Below, one piece after another: positions 1 through 10,560 of a stretch of 64,000 bases of DNA. Below the pieces are notes generated by a model. That model was given only the letters and a program-made list of their open reading frames with translations. It was not told where the DNA came from and did not search any database. The translations under genes were made by a program, and so were the position numbers. The stretch lies in NCBI GenBank assembly GCA_963797095.1, contig CAWCNY010000001.1:288001-352000 (forward strand), read 5' to 3'. Source of the DNA: an uncultured Chloroflexia bacterium (GTDB taxonomy: Bacteria > Chloroflexota > Chloroflexia > QHBQ01 > JADMIH01). Each line of letters opens with the position of its first letter. The stretch's first letter is position 1.

Positions 1-2
1 GA

Positions 3-1646
3 ACGATCACCAGCGGGGAGATGGCACTGGACGGGCACCTCGACCCGCTGGGCAAACCAAGCGATAAGGCGTTGCTCCTCGCATACATAAACAGCTCTCT
101 CCAGATGGGAATGAAGAACCCACTTGACGAGGCAATCGTGCAGCACGAGCAGGCTGAACACCTCGATATCTCGGGCTACACCAAACTTGATGAAATACCG
201 TTTGATTTCGAGCGGAGGCTGCTGTCGGTGGGTGTAGAGGTGGCGGCGCAAAGTGCTGATACTGCAGGTACTGGCGGTGGCGCAGGGCCTGGTGCGGGCG
301 CCAGTAGAGGCGCGGGTGCAAAGCGGCTGATGATTACCAAGGGCGCGCCGGAGAGCGTGCTGAGTGTCTGTACCACTTACGAGATGCCGACGAATGAGAC
401 AGAGAGTCAGTCCGACGTCCTGAGCTTGTGAAGGATGGACGAGAGGGGCCGCAATCTGTGCCAGACAACCTATCAGGATCTGAGTGCGAACGGCTATCGG
501 GTGCTTGCTGTCGCCTGCCGGCCTGTAGAAGTGCAGCAAGCTTACAGGCTGGGGGACGAGCACGACCTGACACTCGTGGGTTTCCTCACTTTCCTTGACA
601 GGCCACTGCCCGATGCGGCCTCTTCGCTGGAGGCTATGCGGCGGGATGGAGTAGACGTAAAGATCCTGACCGGGGACAACGAGCTTGTGGCTCGCCACGT
701 CTGTACTGCGGTTGGTCTGGACGCGGGTAAGATCGTGCTGGGGGAGGAAATTGAAAAGATGAGCGACGTGGCGCTAGCCCATGTGGCCGAACAGAACAGC
801 GTGTTCGCGAGGGTGTCACCCGCCCAGAAGAACCGGATCATTCTGGCGCTCAAGGGCCGCAGCCACGTGGTCGGCTATATAGGGGACGGCATAAACGATG
901 CGCCATCTCTGCACGCGGCAGATGTCGGTATATCAGTAGCCGGTGGGGTGGACGTAGCCAAGGACGCCGCCGACATCATCCTGTTCGAACAGGGACTGGG
1001 AGTGCTGCATAGCAGCATACTGGAAGGGCGCCGGGCCTTCGGCAATGTGATGAAGTACCTGCTGATGGGCACAAGCTCCAACTTCGGCAACATGTTCTCG
1101 ATGGCAGTGGCCTCGGTATTTCTGCCTTTCCTGCCAATGTTGCCCACTCAAATCTTGCTCAACAACTTCATGTACGATCTGGCCCAGGTGACCATCCCCA
1201 CCGACAACGTCGACCGGGAGTTTATCGTGAAACCGAGGCGTTGGGACATCTCGATAATACGAGATTTCATGGTTTACATCGGGCCGATAAGCTCGATCTA
1301 TGACTTTCTGACCTTCTTCGCCCTGCTGTGGGTGTTCAAGGCACCTGAGGAGTTGTTCCACACTGGGTGGTTTGTGGAGTCGCTGGCCACGCAGACGCTC
1401 GTGTTGTTCGTGATACGCACGCTGGGCAACCCCTTGCGGAGCAGGCCAAGTACACCGCTGGCCATCACGACGCTGATGGTGGTGCTGGTGGGCATCGCGC
1501 TGCGTGTCTCGCCACTGGCCCCATTCCTTGGGTTCGTGCCGTTGCCCATGGGTTTCTTCCTGTTCCTCGGGGGTGCAACAGTGACCTATTTGCTGCTGGT
1601 GCAGGTGGCGAAGCGCCGAATCATGCGGCGCTGGCTGGGGGCATAA
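3..1646 (+). pseudogene. mgtA: Mg2+-translocating P-type ATPase (5'-truncated by window edge) interrupted by an in-frame TGA at 429-431
   Basis: Frame starts ...TITSGEM just after the DKTG motif. NPLDEAI, DEIPFDFERR, KGAPE, TGDN, GDGINDAP and SSNFGNMFS motifs are present. ORFs 21-431 and 435-1646 share a frame and are separated by one TGA. Confidence 0.8.
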
Positions 1647-1826
1647 GTTGGGGCACAAGAGAAGGTGACTTTGCCTGAACAGCGCCTAATGTTCCGGCAG
1701 CGATTTGGAGACCTGCAATACCTGATGAAGGCTGCCTAACGGCACGTAGTTGCTGCTGTTTGGCCATCGTTAGGACGCTCGAAGCTTCACAAGGAAGATT
1801 GCGAGTTCCCAGTTCTGACGCTTCCA

Positions 1827-2984
1827 TCATTCAGTCCTCCCGCCAAGGTTCTCGGCCACCCAGTCGACGATGTAATCAAGGGCATTGGCGCTGTTATCGA
1901 CACTGCTGTGCTCGATACCGCCCTCGCGGGGGGTGAATATCTTCAACTCGCGCTTGGGGCTGTTGACTAGCTGGTCGTAGGTCTGATAAGCATATTCGAC
2001 AGGTATCTGGCGGTCGTTGTGCCCATGGGTGACGAGAAACGGCACCGTGATGCGGTCGAGAACCCCGTTTAGCGTCACTCGCTCCGCTATCCGCATGAAT
2101 TCGTCCATATCCTTCGCGCCCCAGACCCACATGACATGCTCCCAATAGTGCGGCACGGGGCGCTCGCCCGCGAGGGCGAGCCGGCGCTTCTGGACCTCGC
2201 CCCAGTTGTGGTTTGCGCCCCACACCGCGCCCAGCGCAAAGCGTGGCTCGAAGGCCACCGCGCGAGGGCAGAAGTAGCCGCCGAGGGAGACGCCATGCAA
2301 ACCGATGCGCTTGGGGTCCACATCATCGCGCGTTTCCAGGTAGTCCACCACCTTGCTCGCCCATAGCTCGGCGTTGTACACCGCCTTCATATTGTGCAGT
2401 CGCAGAGCCTCGCCGGTGCCCGGCTGGTCTACAATGAGGGAGGAGATGCCCCTCCTTGCGAGCTCACGAGGGCCACCCACTCGGTAGATCATCTCCTTCG
2501 TGCTGTCGAGGCCGTTGACCTGCACCAGGATAGGCGCAGGTCCACTGACACCTTCCGCGCGCACATACAGGCCCGCGATGTGGGCGTCTTGGTAGCGAAT
2601 CTCCATGCGCTCGCAATTCTCCCGAGCCAGCCGCACACCTTTCTGGAACGTTGCCTGGAACTTAGCATAGAGCGCTTTGCGCGGCTCGTAACCGTGAGCC
2701 TGCATCCGCTCGCCGATTAGGTAGTAGGTTGCTGCGCGCCCCAGCTTGTTCCCCGCGCTGAGCAGCCTCCCCCGCGCCTCATCTTCGTCTGCCAGGCCGG
2801 CGAGTTTGTCGCCCGTTGCCACCCAGGACTGCATGAACGCCTGCGTCCCGGGATCGTCCCCTTGCCTGGCGATTTCGAGGAGGGGACGGCACATTTGGTC
2901 GATCTCGCCGATTTTCGCCCCCATTTCCATCGCCAGGTTGATCGACAGGTTCCAGACGTAGTTGCCCTTGAAATATTCAAACAT
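1827..2984 (-). CDS. Alpha/beta hydrolase, 2,6-dihydroxypseudooxynicotine hydrolase-like (possible C-C or ester hydrolase)
   Basis: NGLDSTKE, GVSLGG nucleophile elbow, D and H of the triad (HNDRQI, IEHSS); GGAGG RBS before ATG 2984. Confidence 0.75.
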   Translation of the reverse strand: MFEYFKGNYVWNLSINLAMEMGAKIGEIDQMCRPLLEIARQGDDPGTQAFMQSWVATGDKLAGLADEDEARGRLLSAGNKLGRAATYYLIGERMQAHGYEPRKALYAKFQATFQKGVRLARENCERMEIRYQDAHIAGLYVRAEGVSGPAPILVQVNGLDSTKEMIYRVGGPRELARRGISSLIVDQPGTGEALRLHNMKAVYNAELWASKVVDYLETRDDVDPKRIGLHGVSLGGYFCPRAVAFEPRFALGAVWGANHNWGEVQKRRLALAGERPVPHYWEHVMWVWGAKDMDEFMRIAERVTLNGVLDRITVPFLVTHGHNDRQIPVEYAYQTYDQLVNSPKRELKIFTPREGGIEHSSVDNSANALDYIVDWVAENLGGRTE

Positions 2985-3060
2985 CAACACACCTCCCGGC
3001 ACGTGCCCGCAGGCGCTGCCTTACCGCCGTTTCTCCAGAGCGCTATCTGGTTGGAAGGTC

Positions 3061-4005
3061 TCAATTCGCCATGGCATTGCGAATGAGAAGCTCCACTGTG
3101 CCATCGTTGTGGAATCCAAGACTTTCTGCGGTGCGGGCATATAGTGGCGGGTAGTGGCCAAACGCCGATTCGAGCGTCTCGTTCGGCTCGTAACGGACGA
3201 GTTGGCGGCGATCCTCCCCGTAGCAGCGGGCAAGAGCCTCCACCAGCTCCTCAATTGAGAGGCGCAGCACCGGCAAGACCATTGTACGCGCCGATCTACG
3301 TGTCTCCGGCGTAAGTCTCGCCGCGTGCAGCAGATTGTCCACGCAGCATCCAACCGACATCCACCATGCGACGGCACGGGCCGATACCGGGCAGGTGTAC
3401 GGCTCACCCGCAGCCAGCTTCCAGAAGATATCGCTCATGAACGCGGACAAGAGGCCTGAGGGTTCCGGCGGCCGCGCGACTATGCCGGGTAGCCGCAGCG
3501 CGATCCCGTCGATCCAGCCTCGCCTGCTGTAGTCACTGACAAGTATCTCCCCGATCAACTTGTGCGCACCATACGACAGCGTAGGTTTGGGTAGCGTGGC
3601 GTCATTTACCGCCGAGGGGAGAGGCTCTCCGTAGACGGCGATGCTGCTGGCGAGAACCGTTGTCGGCCGGCTGCCGAGTGCCCGTAGCTGCTCCAGGAGT
3701 TGGAGGGTGGCGTCGAGATTGACTTTGAGACCGAGCTCGTACTGCTGCTCGGCCAGTCCTCCTGGGATGCTCGCCAAATGGAAGACAGTGTCTACTCCCC
3801 CGCCCAGTGCTCGCTGCAATATTCCCACATCTGCGATGCTGCCGGGATATTGCTCGACACGCCGGTCTGCAGCTTCGCCGTCAAAGCGCTGGTCAATCAG
3901 CACAAGGCGTTCGAGGGGCTCGCCCAGGCCTGTGCCATCCACGAGCAGACGGCGCACCAGGCGACGTCCGACAAAGCCGCTTGCTCCCGTAATCAGCACC
4001 TGCAT
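3061..4005 (-). CDS. NAD-dependent epimerase/dehydratase (extended SDR, D-erythronate dehydrogenase-like)
   Basis: ITGASGFVG, YGAHK, LRLPGIVARP. Confidence 0.8.
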   Translation of the reverse strand: MQVLITGASGFVGRRLVRRLLVDGTGLGEPLERLVLIDQRFDGEAADRRVEQYPGSIADVGILQRALGGGVDTVFHLASIPGGLAEQQYELGLKVNLDATLQLLEQLRALGSRPTTVLASSIAVYGEPLPSAVNDATLPKPTLSYGAHKLIGEILVSDYSRRGWIDGIALRLPGIVARPPEPSGLLSAFMSDIFWKLAAGEPYTCPVSARAVAWWMSVGCCVDNLLHAARLTPETRRSARTMVLPVLRLSIEELVEALARCYGEDRRQLVRYEPNETLESAFGHYPPLYARTAESLGFHNDGTVELLIRNAMAN

Positions 4006-5006
4006 TACGCTTCACCTCGAGCTGGCACAGGTGCGCGCACCACCCGCTGGTCGATAGCGCCAAAGACGCTCCGGCCCTGGGCGTCGAGCACTTCCATGCG
4101 CACCATGTCGCCAAAGCGCATGAACCCGGTCGTCGGGGCACCATGATCGAGGATTTCGATTACGCGGCGCTCGGCGATGCATGCGCAGCCGGCGCTTCGG
4201 TCGGCGTTGGACACGGTGCCGGAGCCGACGATCGTTCCGGCTCGCAACCGGCGTGTCCTGGCGGCGTGCGCGATGAGATCGAAGAAGGTGAAGTGCATCT
4301 CGGCACCGCTCGGCCTGCCGAACTGCGCCCCGTTCAAGTAGACGTTCAGCGGCAGATGCACCCTTCCATTGCGCCACGCCCCGCCAAGCTCGTCTGGGGT
4401 GACGGCTACCGGCGCGAAGCTCGTCGCGGGCTTTGTCAGGAAGAAGCCGAAGCCGGTCTTCATCTCACGAGGGCCAAAAGCGCGCAGGCTCCAATCGTTA
4501 AGCAGCACGACCAACTTCAAGTGCTCTACAGCCTGCTCCGGCGTGCAGCCCATCGGTACATCATCGACGACGACCCCGTATTCGCCCTCGAAGTCGATGC
4601 TGTAAGTTTCGTCGGGCATTGGCACATCGTCGCACGGCCCAACGAAATCGTCTGAGCCGCCCTGGTAAATCAGAGGGATCGTCTCCGCGTCGGGTGGTGG
4701 TTCGAGATGGTAGGCTTGCTCCATCAGCAGGCCGTGGCTGAGAAAAGCCGAGCCGTCGCACCACTGGTACGCCCTCGGCAACGGCGGTGCCGCGGCCTGC
4801 GGCTCAAACGCAAACGTTTCGGGCGACCCACCCGCGTTTACTTCGTCGCACAACTGGCTTAATTGTGATGCCGTTTCGGCCCAGCCGTCGAGTGCCTGCT
4901 GGAGCGTCTTGGCCACCATGCTTGTCCTTGCAGCGCGGGATAGGTCGCGTGAGACCACGACAAGTGTGCCGTCGCGGCTGCCGTCTTTGAGAGTTGCAAG
5001 CCTCAT
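4005..5006 (-). CDS. Fumarylacetoacetate hydrolase family protein
   Basis: MRLATLKDGSRDG, YQWCDGSAF, IDFEGE, NDWSLR, GSGTVSN. Confidence 0.9.
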   Translation of the reverse strand: MRLATLKDGSRDGTLVVVSRDLSRAARTSMVAKTLQQALDGWAETASQLSQLCDEVNAGGSPETFAFEPQAAAPPLPRAYQWCDGSAFLSHGLLMEQAYHLEPPPDAETIPLIYQGGSDDFVGPCDDVPMPDETYSIDFEGEYGVVVDDVPMGCTPEQAVEHLKLVVLLNDWSLRAFGPREMKTGFGFFLTKPATSFAPVAVTPDELGGAWRNGRVHLPLNVYLNGAQFGRPSGAEMHFTFFDLIAHAARTRRLRAGTIVGSGTVSNADRSAGCACIAERRVIEILDHGAPTTGFMRFGDMVRMEVLDAQGRSVFGAIDQRVVRAPVPARGEA

Positions 5007-6061
5007 AATTGACCTCTTCCTGGCTCCGATCGCCAATGGATCATGGGCTGGCCCGCGACGGGGCTGCGAAAATAAGGGATCGTAGTGCCTCGCAAGCTGC
5101 CGAGGTAGACAGTCCGCAGGTTAGGTCCACCAAAGGTCACGCTCGCCATCCACGGGCAGAGCGTGCCGTGATTGGCGCCCATGATCTCGGGTGTGAGCGT
5201 GCCGGCCCGGAAGTGCTCTTCGTAGACGGCGTTCGCCTGCGGGTTGCTATCGTCTAGCAGCGTCAACACGTCGCCTTCGGGCGTGATCGCCACCAGCTTG
5301 TCGAGGAAGATCAGCGTTACCCACAGGTTGCCGTAGCTATCGAAGGCGAGTCCATCTGGGTGCCCTTCAAGCTCGCTGGGGCCATACACCTCGCGGTCGG
5401 TCAGGGAGCCATCCGGGTGGGCGCGCATCCGCGAGATGTGCCGGCCTGTGCTCTCCACGACGTACAGCCACTCCTCCTTGTCGTCAAAGCGAATCTCGTT
5501 GGTGCCGTTGAAGCCCTCAGCTACGATGCGGATGCCCAACTCATCGATCAGCCCGATGTAGCCATCGGGTGTCTTCGAGTTGACTTGCCTGGTCCACGGA
5601 ACCTCACGCGTGGTGACCGTGAACCAGATGCGATTCTTGGAGTCGCGTAGCGGAAAGTTAGCCTTGCCGAGCGGCTGCCCGTCGATCTCGGTGTACAAGG
5701 TGTATAACCGCCCCTCGCATGTCATTCTCTCGATCGCATCGGTGCCCCAGTTGGCGATGATGAAGTCGCCATTCTCGGCAAAGGCGAGGCCGTTCGGGAG
5801 CGATCCCTGCGCCTTCACGTATCGATCATTGAAGGCGGCAGTGCCGAGGGCCTTCTGTTCTATATAGGACGCGACCAGTTGCTGCTCACCGTCGGGCCTG
5901 ATCCTCATCACGCCCCCGCGCGCATCCGCTGCCCAGATCGTGCCGTCGGGCTCGGTGAGGATGCACTCCGGGCGCTGGAGGTCGTGGCCAATCGTGCGGA
6001 TCGACTCGCGATCCAACTGCCAGCCGTCGAGTGGATTGGGTGTGGAACGTGCCATAGTCAT
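5003..6061 (-). CDS. SMP-30/gluconolactonase family beta-propeller
   Basis: LQRPEC, PNGLAF, GTNEIRF, HPDGLAFDSYGNLWV, SVTFGGP. Confidence 0.85.
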   Translation of the reverse strand: MTMARSTPNPLDGWQLDRESIRTIGHDLQRPECILTEPDGTIWAADARGGVMRIRPDGEQQLVASYIEQKALGTAAFNDRYVKAQGSLPNGLAFAENGDFIIANWGTDAIERMTCEGRLYTLYTEIDGQPLGKANFPLRDSKNRIWFTVTTREVPWTRQVNSKTPDGYIGLIDELGIRIVAEGFNGTNEIRFDDKEEWLYVVESTGRHISRMRAHPDGSLTDREVYGPSELEGHPDGLAFDSYGNLWVTLIFLDKLVAITPEGDVLTLLDDSNPQANAVYEEHFRAGTLTPEIMGANHGTLCPWMASVTFGGPNLRTVYLGSLRGTTIPYFRSPVAGQPMIHWRSEPGRGQL

Positions 6062-6242
6062 AGTATCGGTATTCGGTATTACTGATTCATGTGTGTCGCC
6101 CCAGGCGACCAGATGCCTTGCTTGCCGGGGAAAGGATGCCGAAGGAATTCGGGTCGAGGTACTCTTTCAAGTCTTCGATAGATTCCATGGCCTCCGAGAA
6201 TATCAGCTCGGATACCCGGGGCGGAAGAATCTGGCTCATAGG

Positions 6243-7088
6243 TCAGTTCTTTTCATTTATTTGGTCAAGTGATCGGTCAAGCCTACCGGTGGGGTTGCGC
6301 CCCAGCAGAATATCCTCAGTCCGTTCGCGGATCTGCCAGTTCCGCTCCGGATGCGTCAGGATGTAGAACCGCTCCTCACGCACTGCCTCCAGCACGAGGT
6401 AGGCCACCGATTCGGGAGGCATGGCTGTTTCGAGCGCCTGCTGCAGACGTTGCGGAAGCGCAACGTCTCCGGGCTCTTCTCCGGATCGCGAGGCGCTGCT
6501 CAGAATGTCGGTCCTGACGACGCCCGGGAGCAACAGGGACACACCGATCTGAGGCGAGTGCTCGGCCAATTCGTGGTAGAGCGCCTCGGTGAAGCCCACA
6601 ACTGCGAACTTGGTCGTCCGGTATACACCTAGCCCCGGCGGAGAGATAACCCCAGCTATCGAGGCCGTGTTCACGATATGGCACGGCACCCCCTGTGCGC
6701 GCATGATGGGGGCGAATACCCGGACGCCATCTACGACGCCCCAGAGGTTGACGCCAAGCGCCCATTCCCAAACCGCGGCGGTGCTCTCCAGGATCTGGGT
6801 CATGATCCCAACGCCTGCGTTGTTACACAGTAGATGGACACCACCGAAGGCACTCACGGTCGCCTCGGCCAGCGAGTTTATGTCCTGGGCTTTTGACACG
6901 TCCGTTGGCACGGCCAGTACGTGTGCGCCTGATGCTTGCAGCTCGGATGCAGTCGCCTCCAGGGCAGATACCCTCAGATCAGCGAGCACGACGCGCATCC
7001 CTTCCTGGGCGAACCTGAACGCTAGGGCTTTGCCGATCCCGCTTGCCGCCCCCGTAACGACTGCAACTTTATCTCGAAACTCACGCAC
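6243..7088 (-). CDS. Short-chain dehydrogenase/reductase
   Basis: TGAASGIG, NNAG, NTAS, YRTTK. Confidence 0.9.
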   Translation of the reverse strand: MREFRDKVAVVTGAASGIGKALAFRFAQEGMRVVLADLRVSALEATASELQASGAHVLAVPTDVSKAQDINSLAEATVSAFGGVHLLCNNAGVGIMTQILESTAAVWEWALGVNLWGVVDGVRVFAPIMRAQGVPCHIVNTASIAGVISPPGLGVYRTTKFAVVGFTEALYHELAEHSPQIGVSLLLPGVVRTDILSSASRSGEEPGDVALPQRLQQALETAMPPESVAYLVLEAVREERFYILTHPERNWQIRERTEDILLGRNPTGRLDRSLDQINEKN

Positions 7089-7320
7089 CAGGACGATCCC
7101 CTCGCGCTTGCTCCTCCAACCTGATTTTCAGGGCAATAACGAAAGCCGTGCCAGGTGCGCCGTATGCCGAATCGGATAAGTGGTTCTGGGTATATTTGCG
7201 AATAAGCTCCTCAGCATCTGCGTCTTGCAGCGCGAGCGGCGCATGAACATGCTTCACGTGGTGAAACTCTGCCTGAGTCATGCCCGGTCGCCGCCCTGTC
7301 GCGATGAGGAACTTGATCAT
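7081..7320 (-). pseudogene. Truncated EthD-like domain remnant
   Basis: MIK...RRPGMTQAEF..HVHAPL...YTQNH matches an EthD N-terminus, but similarity ends after about 57 aa. Confidence 0.5.
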
Positions 7321-8111
7321 AGCTCCTCCTCGAACATGGCCACCACTCGGCTCCAGGCGGCGCCGGTGCCCCGCAGGTTGACGGGGAAGGCCATCACCGT
7401 GAAGCCGAAGGGGGCTGGGAGTTGATCAAGGTTCGCCAGCTTCTCGATCTGGCAATACTCCTTTTCGCGCCCCAGTATGTGCGACTCCCAGAACTGCGAT
7501 CTGCCCGCCTTAGCCTCCTCAGCCATCACGTCGTTGGGGCGGTCGAGACCCCAGGCGTCGATGCCGATCAGCTTCACGCCCCGGTCGATCAGCCATTCGG
7601 TGGCTGAGCGCCGCAGACCGGGGTGCATCAGCTCGTAACCCGGCTCTTTGAAGTGCTTGCTCGTATCGGTGCGCACCAGCACGATATCGTAGGGCTTGAG
7701 GGTGTAGCCGATGCGCTCAAGTTCCGCCTGCACGTCCTCGTCCGTGATCCCTTCTCCTCGCTTTTTGTGCGTCATGTTCAGGAGCACGCCATCACCGAAG
7801 CACCAGCGTATAGGCACCTTGTCGATCGTGCGCGTCTCGCCGAGTTTTGCCGGCCCGTAGTGGAGGGGCGCATCAATATGCGTGCCTGAGTGGGTGGTGA
7901 GGGTCACCGTTTCGGCGTTCCACACAGCGCCGTCAGGCCAGTACGTTTCATCGAGGCCCACCACCTGCTTGCTCTGGTTAAGGCCTCGCTCCTGGCTCAT
8001 ATACTCTATGTGGTGTTTGTTGAACTCGAACTCCGAGGTTTCGTTGCCCAGACAGTCGCTGAGATCTATCAGCGTGACCCTTTTGCCTCGGTACTCAAAC
8101 ACCTCTGCCAC
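7317..8111 (-). CDS. Cyclase family (kynurenine formamidase-like) metal-dependent hydrolase
   Basis: HSGTHIDAPLH, GIDAWGLD, QIEKLANL. Confidence 0.9.
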   Translation of the reverse strand: MAEVFEYRGKRVTLIDLSDCLGNETSEFEFNKHHIEYMSQERGLNQSKQVVGLDETYWPDGAVWNAETVTLTTHSGTHIDAPLHYGPAKLGETRTIDKVPIRWCFGDGVLLNMTHKKRGEGITDEDVQAELERIGYTLKPYDIVLVRTDTSKHFKEPGYELMHPGLRRSATEWLIDRGVKLIGIDAWGLDRPNDVMAEEAKAGRSQFWESHILGREKEYCQIEKLANLDQLPAPFGFTVMAFPVNLRGTGAAWSRVVAMFEEEL

Positions 8112-8165
8112 TGCGTTTGTCCTTCAGACTGAATGAGTTACAAAATAACGTCCGCCCAAGGTGCC

Positions 8166-9305
8166 CTATGCGGGCTGCGCTGCTAACTCGAATGACCTGC
8201 GTGTCGCCCCCTCGACGTCGGCATTGGGGCTGTGCTCTCGCTCCCAGCTGGCTATGAGCAACGAAATATCCACGAACTCCTTGCAGCGCTCGAAACGGCG
8301 GTTGCTGTAGTGCTCAAGCGCCTGGGCCAGGTCGTCACTCTTTGCCAGCTCGTCGCCGAGCACCACTGCGTCTTCCATCACCATAGCGGCACCCTGGGCT
8401 ATATGTGCCGTCATAGCATGCGCCGAGTCTCCCACAAGCACCACTCGGCCGCGGTGCCACGGAGCGGGCACCAGGATCGACTCGAAGGGGCGGTAAACCA
8501 CGTGGGAGGAATCGGTGATCTGGTCCTGGATGTCGATCGCAGGGCCAGGTGGGTAGGGTGCAAGCAGAGCCCGCATCCGACTGGCAAGCTCGCTTTCCGG
8601 CACGCGCAGCTCCGCGCCGGGGGCTGGTGTCTCTACCAGGAATATGTACATAAGATCAGGGCTGAGAGGGACAAAACCGACGCGAGGATCGAGGCCCATG
8701 AACATCCAGATGTCCTTGATTTCCTTGGGCTTGGGGAGGTTATAGCGCCAGACCATCTGCCCCTCGAAGTGCGGCTGCAACTCCTCCCCCTCACCGAACA
8801 CCAGCCGCCGCACAAGGGAGCGCAAGCCGTCGGCGCCAACGAGCAGGTCGTACTCTCCTGTTGTGCCGTCGGTGAAAGAGACGTGGACGCGGTCGGGCGT
8901 CTGCTCCAGGCTCCGCACAGTGACACCGACCTGGACCGGGACGCCCTCAGCGTGAACAGCGTCCTGAAGGATAGAGTGCAGGCGAGGGCGTGCGATGGCG
9001 TTGGTGGCAGGGAATTGCGGCCCTGCGAGCTTCGGCTGGGGGATGCGTGCGATCAAGTGCCCATCAGGCGTGTGTAGCTCAAGCGCGTCCATGCCGTAGC
9101 CTTCGGCCACGACACGCTCGGCGAGGCCCAGGGCAGCTAGAGCGCGCAGGGCGTTCGCCTGCTGAATGATCCCGACCCCGTAGACGTCCCACCTGGGGTT
9201 CACCTCTACTATTTCACACTCAATATCTGCTTTGCACAGCGCGACGGCGGTGCAAAGCCCCCCGATCCCCCCGCCGACAATCAGAACCCTCTGCACTGAA
9301 GCCAT
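8166..9305 (-). CDS. FAD-dependent monooxygenase (FdeE-like aromatic hydroxylase)
   Basis: GGGIGG, VGADGLRS, GDSAHAMTAHIAQGA. Confidence 0.85.
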   Translation of the reverse strand: MASVQRVLIVGGGIGGLCTAVALCKADIECEIVEVNPRWDVYGVGIIQQANALRALAALGLAERVVAEGYGMDALELHTPDGHLIARIPQPKLAGPQFPATNAIARPRLHSILQDAVHAEGVPVQVGVTVRSLEQTPDRVHVSFTDGTTGEYDLLVGADGLRSLVRRLVFGEGEELQPHFEGQMVWRYNLPKPKEIKDIWMFMGLDPRVGFVPLSPDLMYIFLVETPAPGAELRVPESELASRMRALLAPYPPGPAIDIQDQITDSSHVVYRPFESILVPAPWHRGRVVLVGDSAHAMTAHIAQGAAMVMEDAVVLGDELAKSDDLAQALEHYSNRRFERCKEFVDISLLIASWEREHSPNADVEGATRRSFELAAQPA

Positions 9306-9308
9306 AGC

Positions 9309-10355
9309 CTACTCCTTTGTTGTCTCGCGTGTCGTCTCGCGTGTTGTCCTGTGCCCTTCGCCCATGATGCTGGCGGACATTGCCAGCTCAGGCTCGCCGA
9401 TCACAGGGCCCGCTGCGGGCGGGAAGGCCTCGAGCATCGAAGGGGGCATCTCGATGTTGCGATACATGGAGTTGGGCCCTTCCGTGCCTTGCCAGTCGAC
9501 CGGCTCCCAGTCGGGCACGTAGTTGCGGTACCCCAGACTGTTCAGCTCGATGCGCAAACCCCCAGGCTCGCGGAAGTAGAGGTACATCTGCTCGCCGATG
9601 CCGTGCCGCCCGGGTCCGAACTCGATAGGCGTGCCCGCCTCCACGAGAAGGTCGGCGGCGCGAAGCAGGTCCTCCGACTCCTCCATCCAGAAAGCCAGGT
9701 GGTGAAAGCGAGCTGGTACGCCCGAGAAGTCGCCCGCTATGCCTAAGTCGTGCGAGGTCTCGTTGGTGGTTGTAACTGCGAAGACAGCTCTCTGGGGGTC
9801 CGGATCGAAAGGGATGTAGGCCATGACACGGAAACCGAGGACGTCTCGGTTCCACGCCGCCGTGCCACGCACGTCGTTGGCCGCCACTGTAAGGTGATCG
9901 AGTTGACGAGGTGCGATGCCGCGGGCTATGCGCTTTTGCGGGCGGTCGGGGTAGCTCGACCGCTGCTCTGGCGATGCTTTGTAGCGCTCTACTTCCCAGA
10001 ACACCTCCATCGAGTGCCCGTCGTGGCCCCGGAAGCGGTAGGAGCGCCCATGCCCGACCGACCGCTCGATCCACTCTCCTCTGGTGCCGCTGGCCTCGAT
10101 GCCGGCCACCGCTTCCTCCAGCTCCTCCGGGCCGAGGGTGCGCCAGGCACCATGGCCGAGAGCGGGCTGGTCGCCCTGGGTGAGAATCAAGCTGTGCTGA
10201 TAGTAATCGCCCCAGCAGCGCAAGTAAACAGACTGACCTTCCCTGTGGACCTCGTCCAGCCCGACGACATCTTTGAAAAAGGCGACCGATTGCTCGAGCC
10301 TGGGCGTGATAAGCTCCACGTGTGCTATGTGAGCGAGCAAGTGCTTTCGTCCCAT
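9309..10355 (-). CDS. Extradiol (catechol 2,3-type) ring-cleavage dioxygenase, VOC fold
   Basis: AHVELITP, LDHLT, HHLAFW, GPGRHGIGEQMYLYFREPGG.RIEL. Confidence 0.9.
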   Translation of the reverse strand: MGRKHLLAHIAHVELITPRLEQSVAFFKDVVGLDEVHREGQSVYLRCWGDYYQHSLILTQGDQPALGHGAWRTLGPEELEEAVAGIEASGTRGEWIERSVGHGRSYRFRGHDGHSMEVFWEVERYKASPEQRSSYPDRPQKRIARGIAPRQLDHLTVAANDVRGTAAWNRDVLGFRVMAYIPFDPDPQRAVFAVTTTNETSHDLGIAGDFSGVPARFHHLAFWMEESEDLLRAADLLVEAGTPIEFGPGRHGIGEQMYLYFREPGGLRIELNSLGYRNYVPDWEPVDWQGTEGPNSMYRNIEMPPSMLEAFPPAAGPVIGEPELAMSASIMGEGHRTTRETTRETTKE

Positions 10356-10376
10356 GTACTTCTCCTCAATACTACT

Positions 10377-10412
10377 CTGCTACCCGTCCCTGCTACCCGT
10401 CCCTGCTACCCG
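10377..10412. repeat. 13-bp tandem repeat CTGCTACCCGTCC, about 2.8 copies
   Basis: Read directly in the leader of the dioxygenase gene. Confidence 0.85.
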
Positions 10413-10560
10413 AGCCCGGCCTGCTCAGAGCACTCCCAGGCACATTGCACCCTACCTTGCCTAGCCAAGTCCAGCCCTCCGCCGTCAGGTTAGGGGCATG
10501 TCCATCTGTCTTGCCGGCACTCTACACGACTAACAGGAGTAAGGACCAAATGAGATGGGC

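Noticed and set aside
429-431. Selenocysteine or genetic-code reassignment of TGA in mgtA
   Set aside because: Not a catalytic Cys position, no evident SECIS, and TGA is used as a normal stop by many genes here
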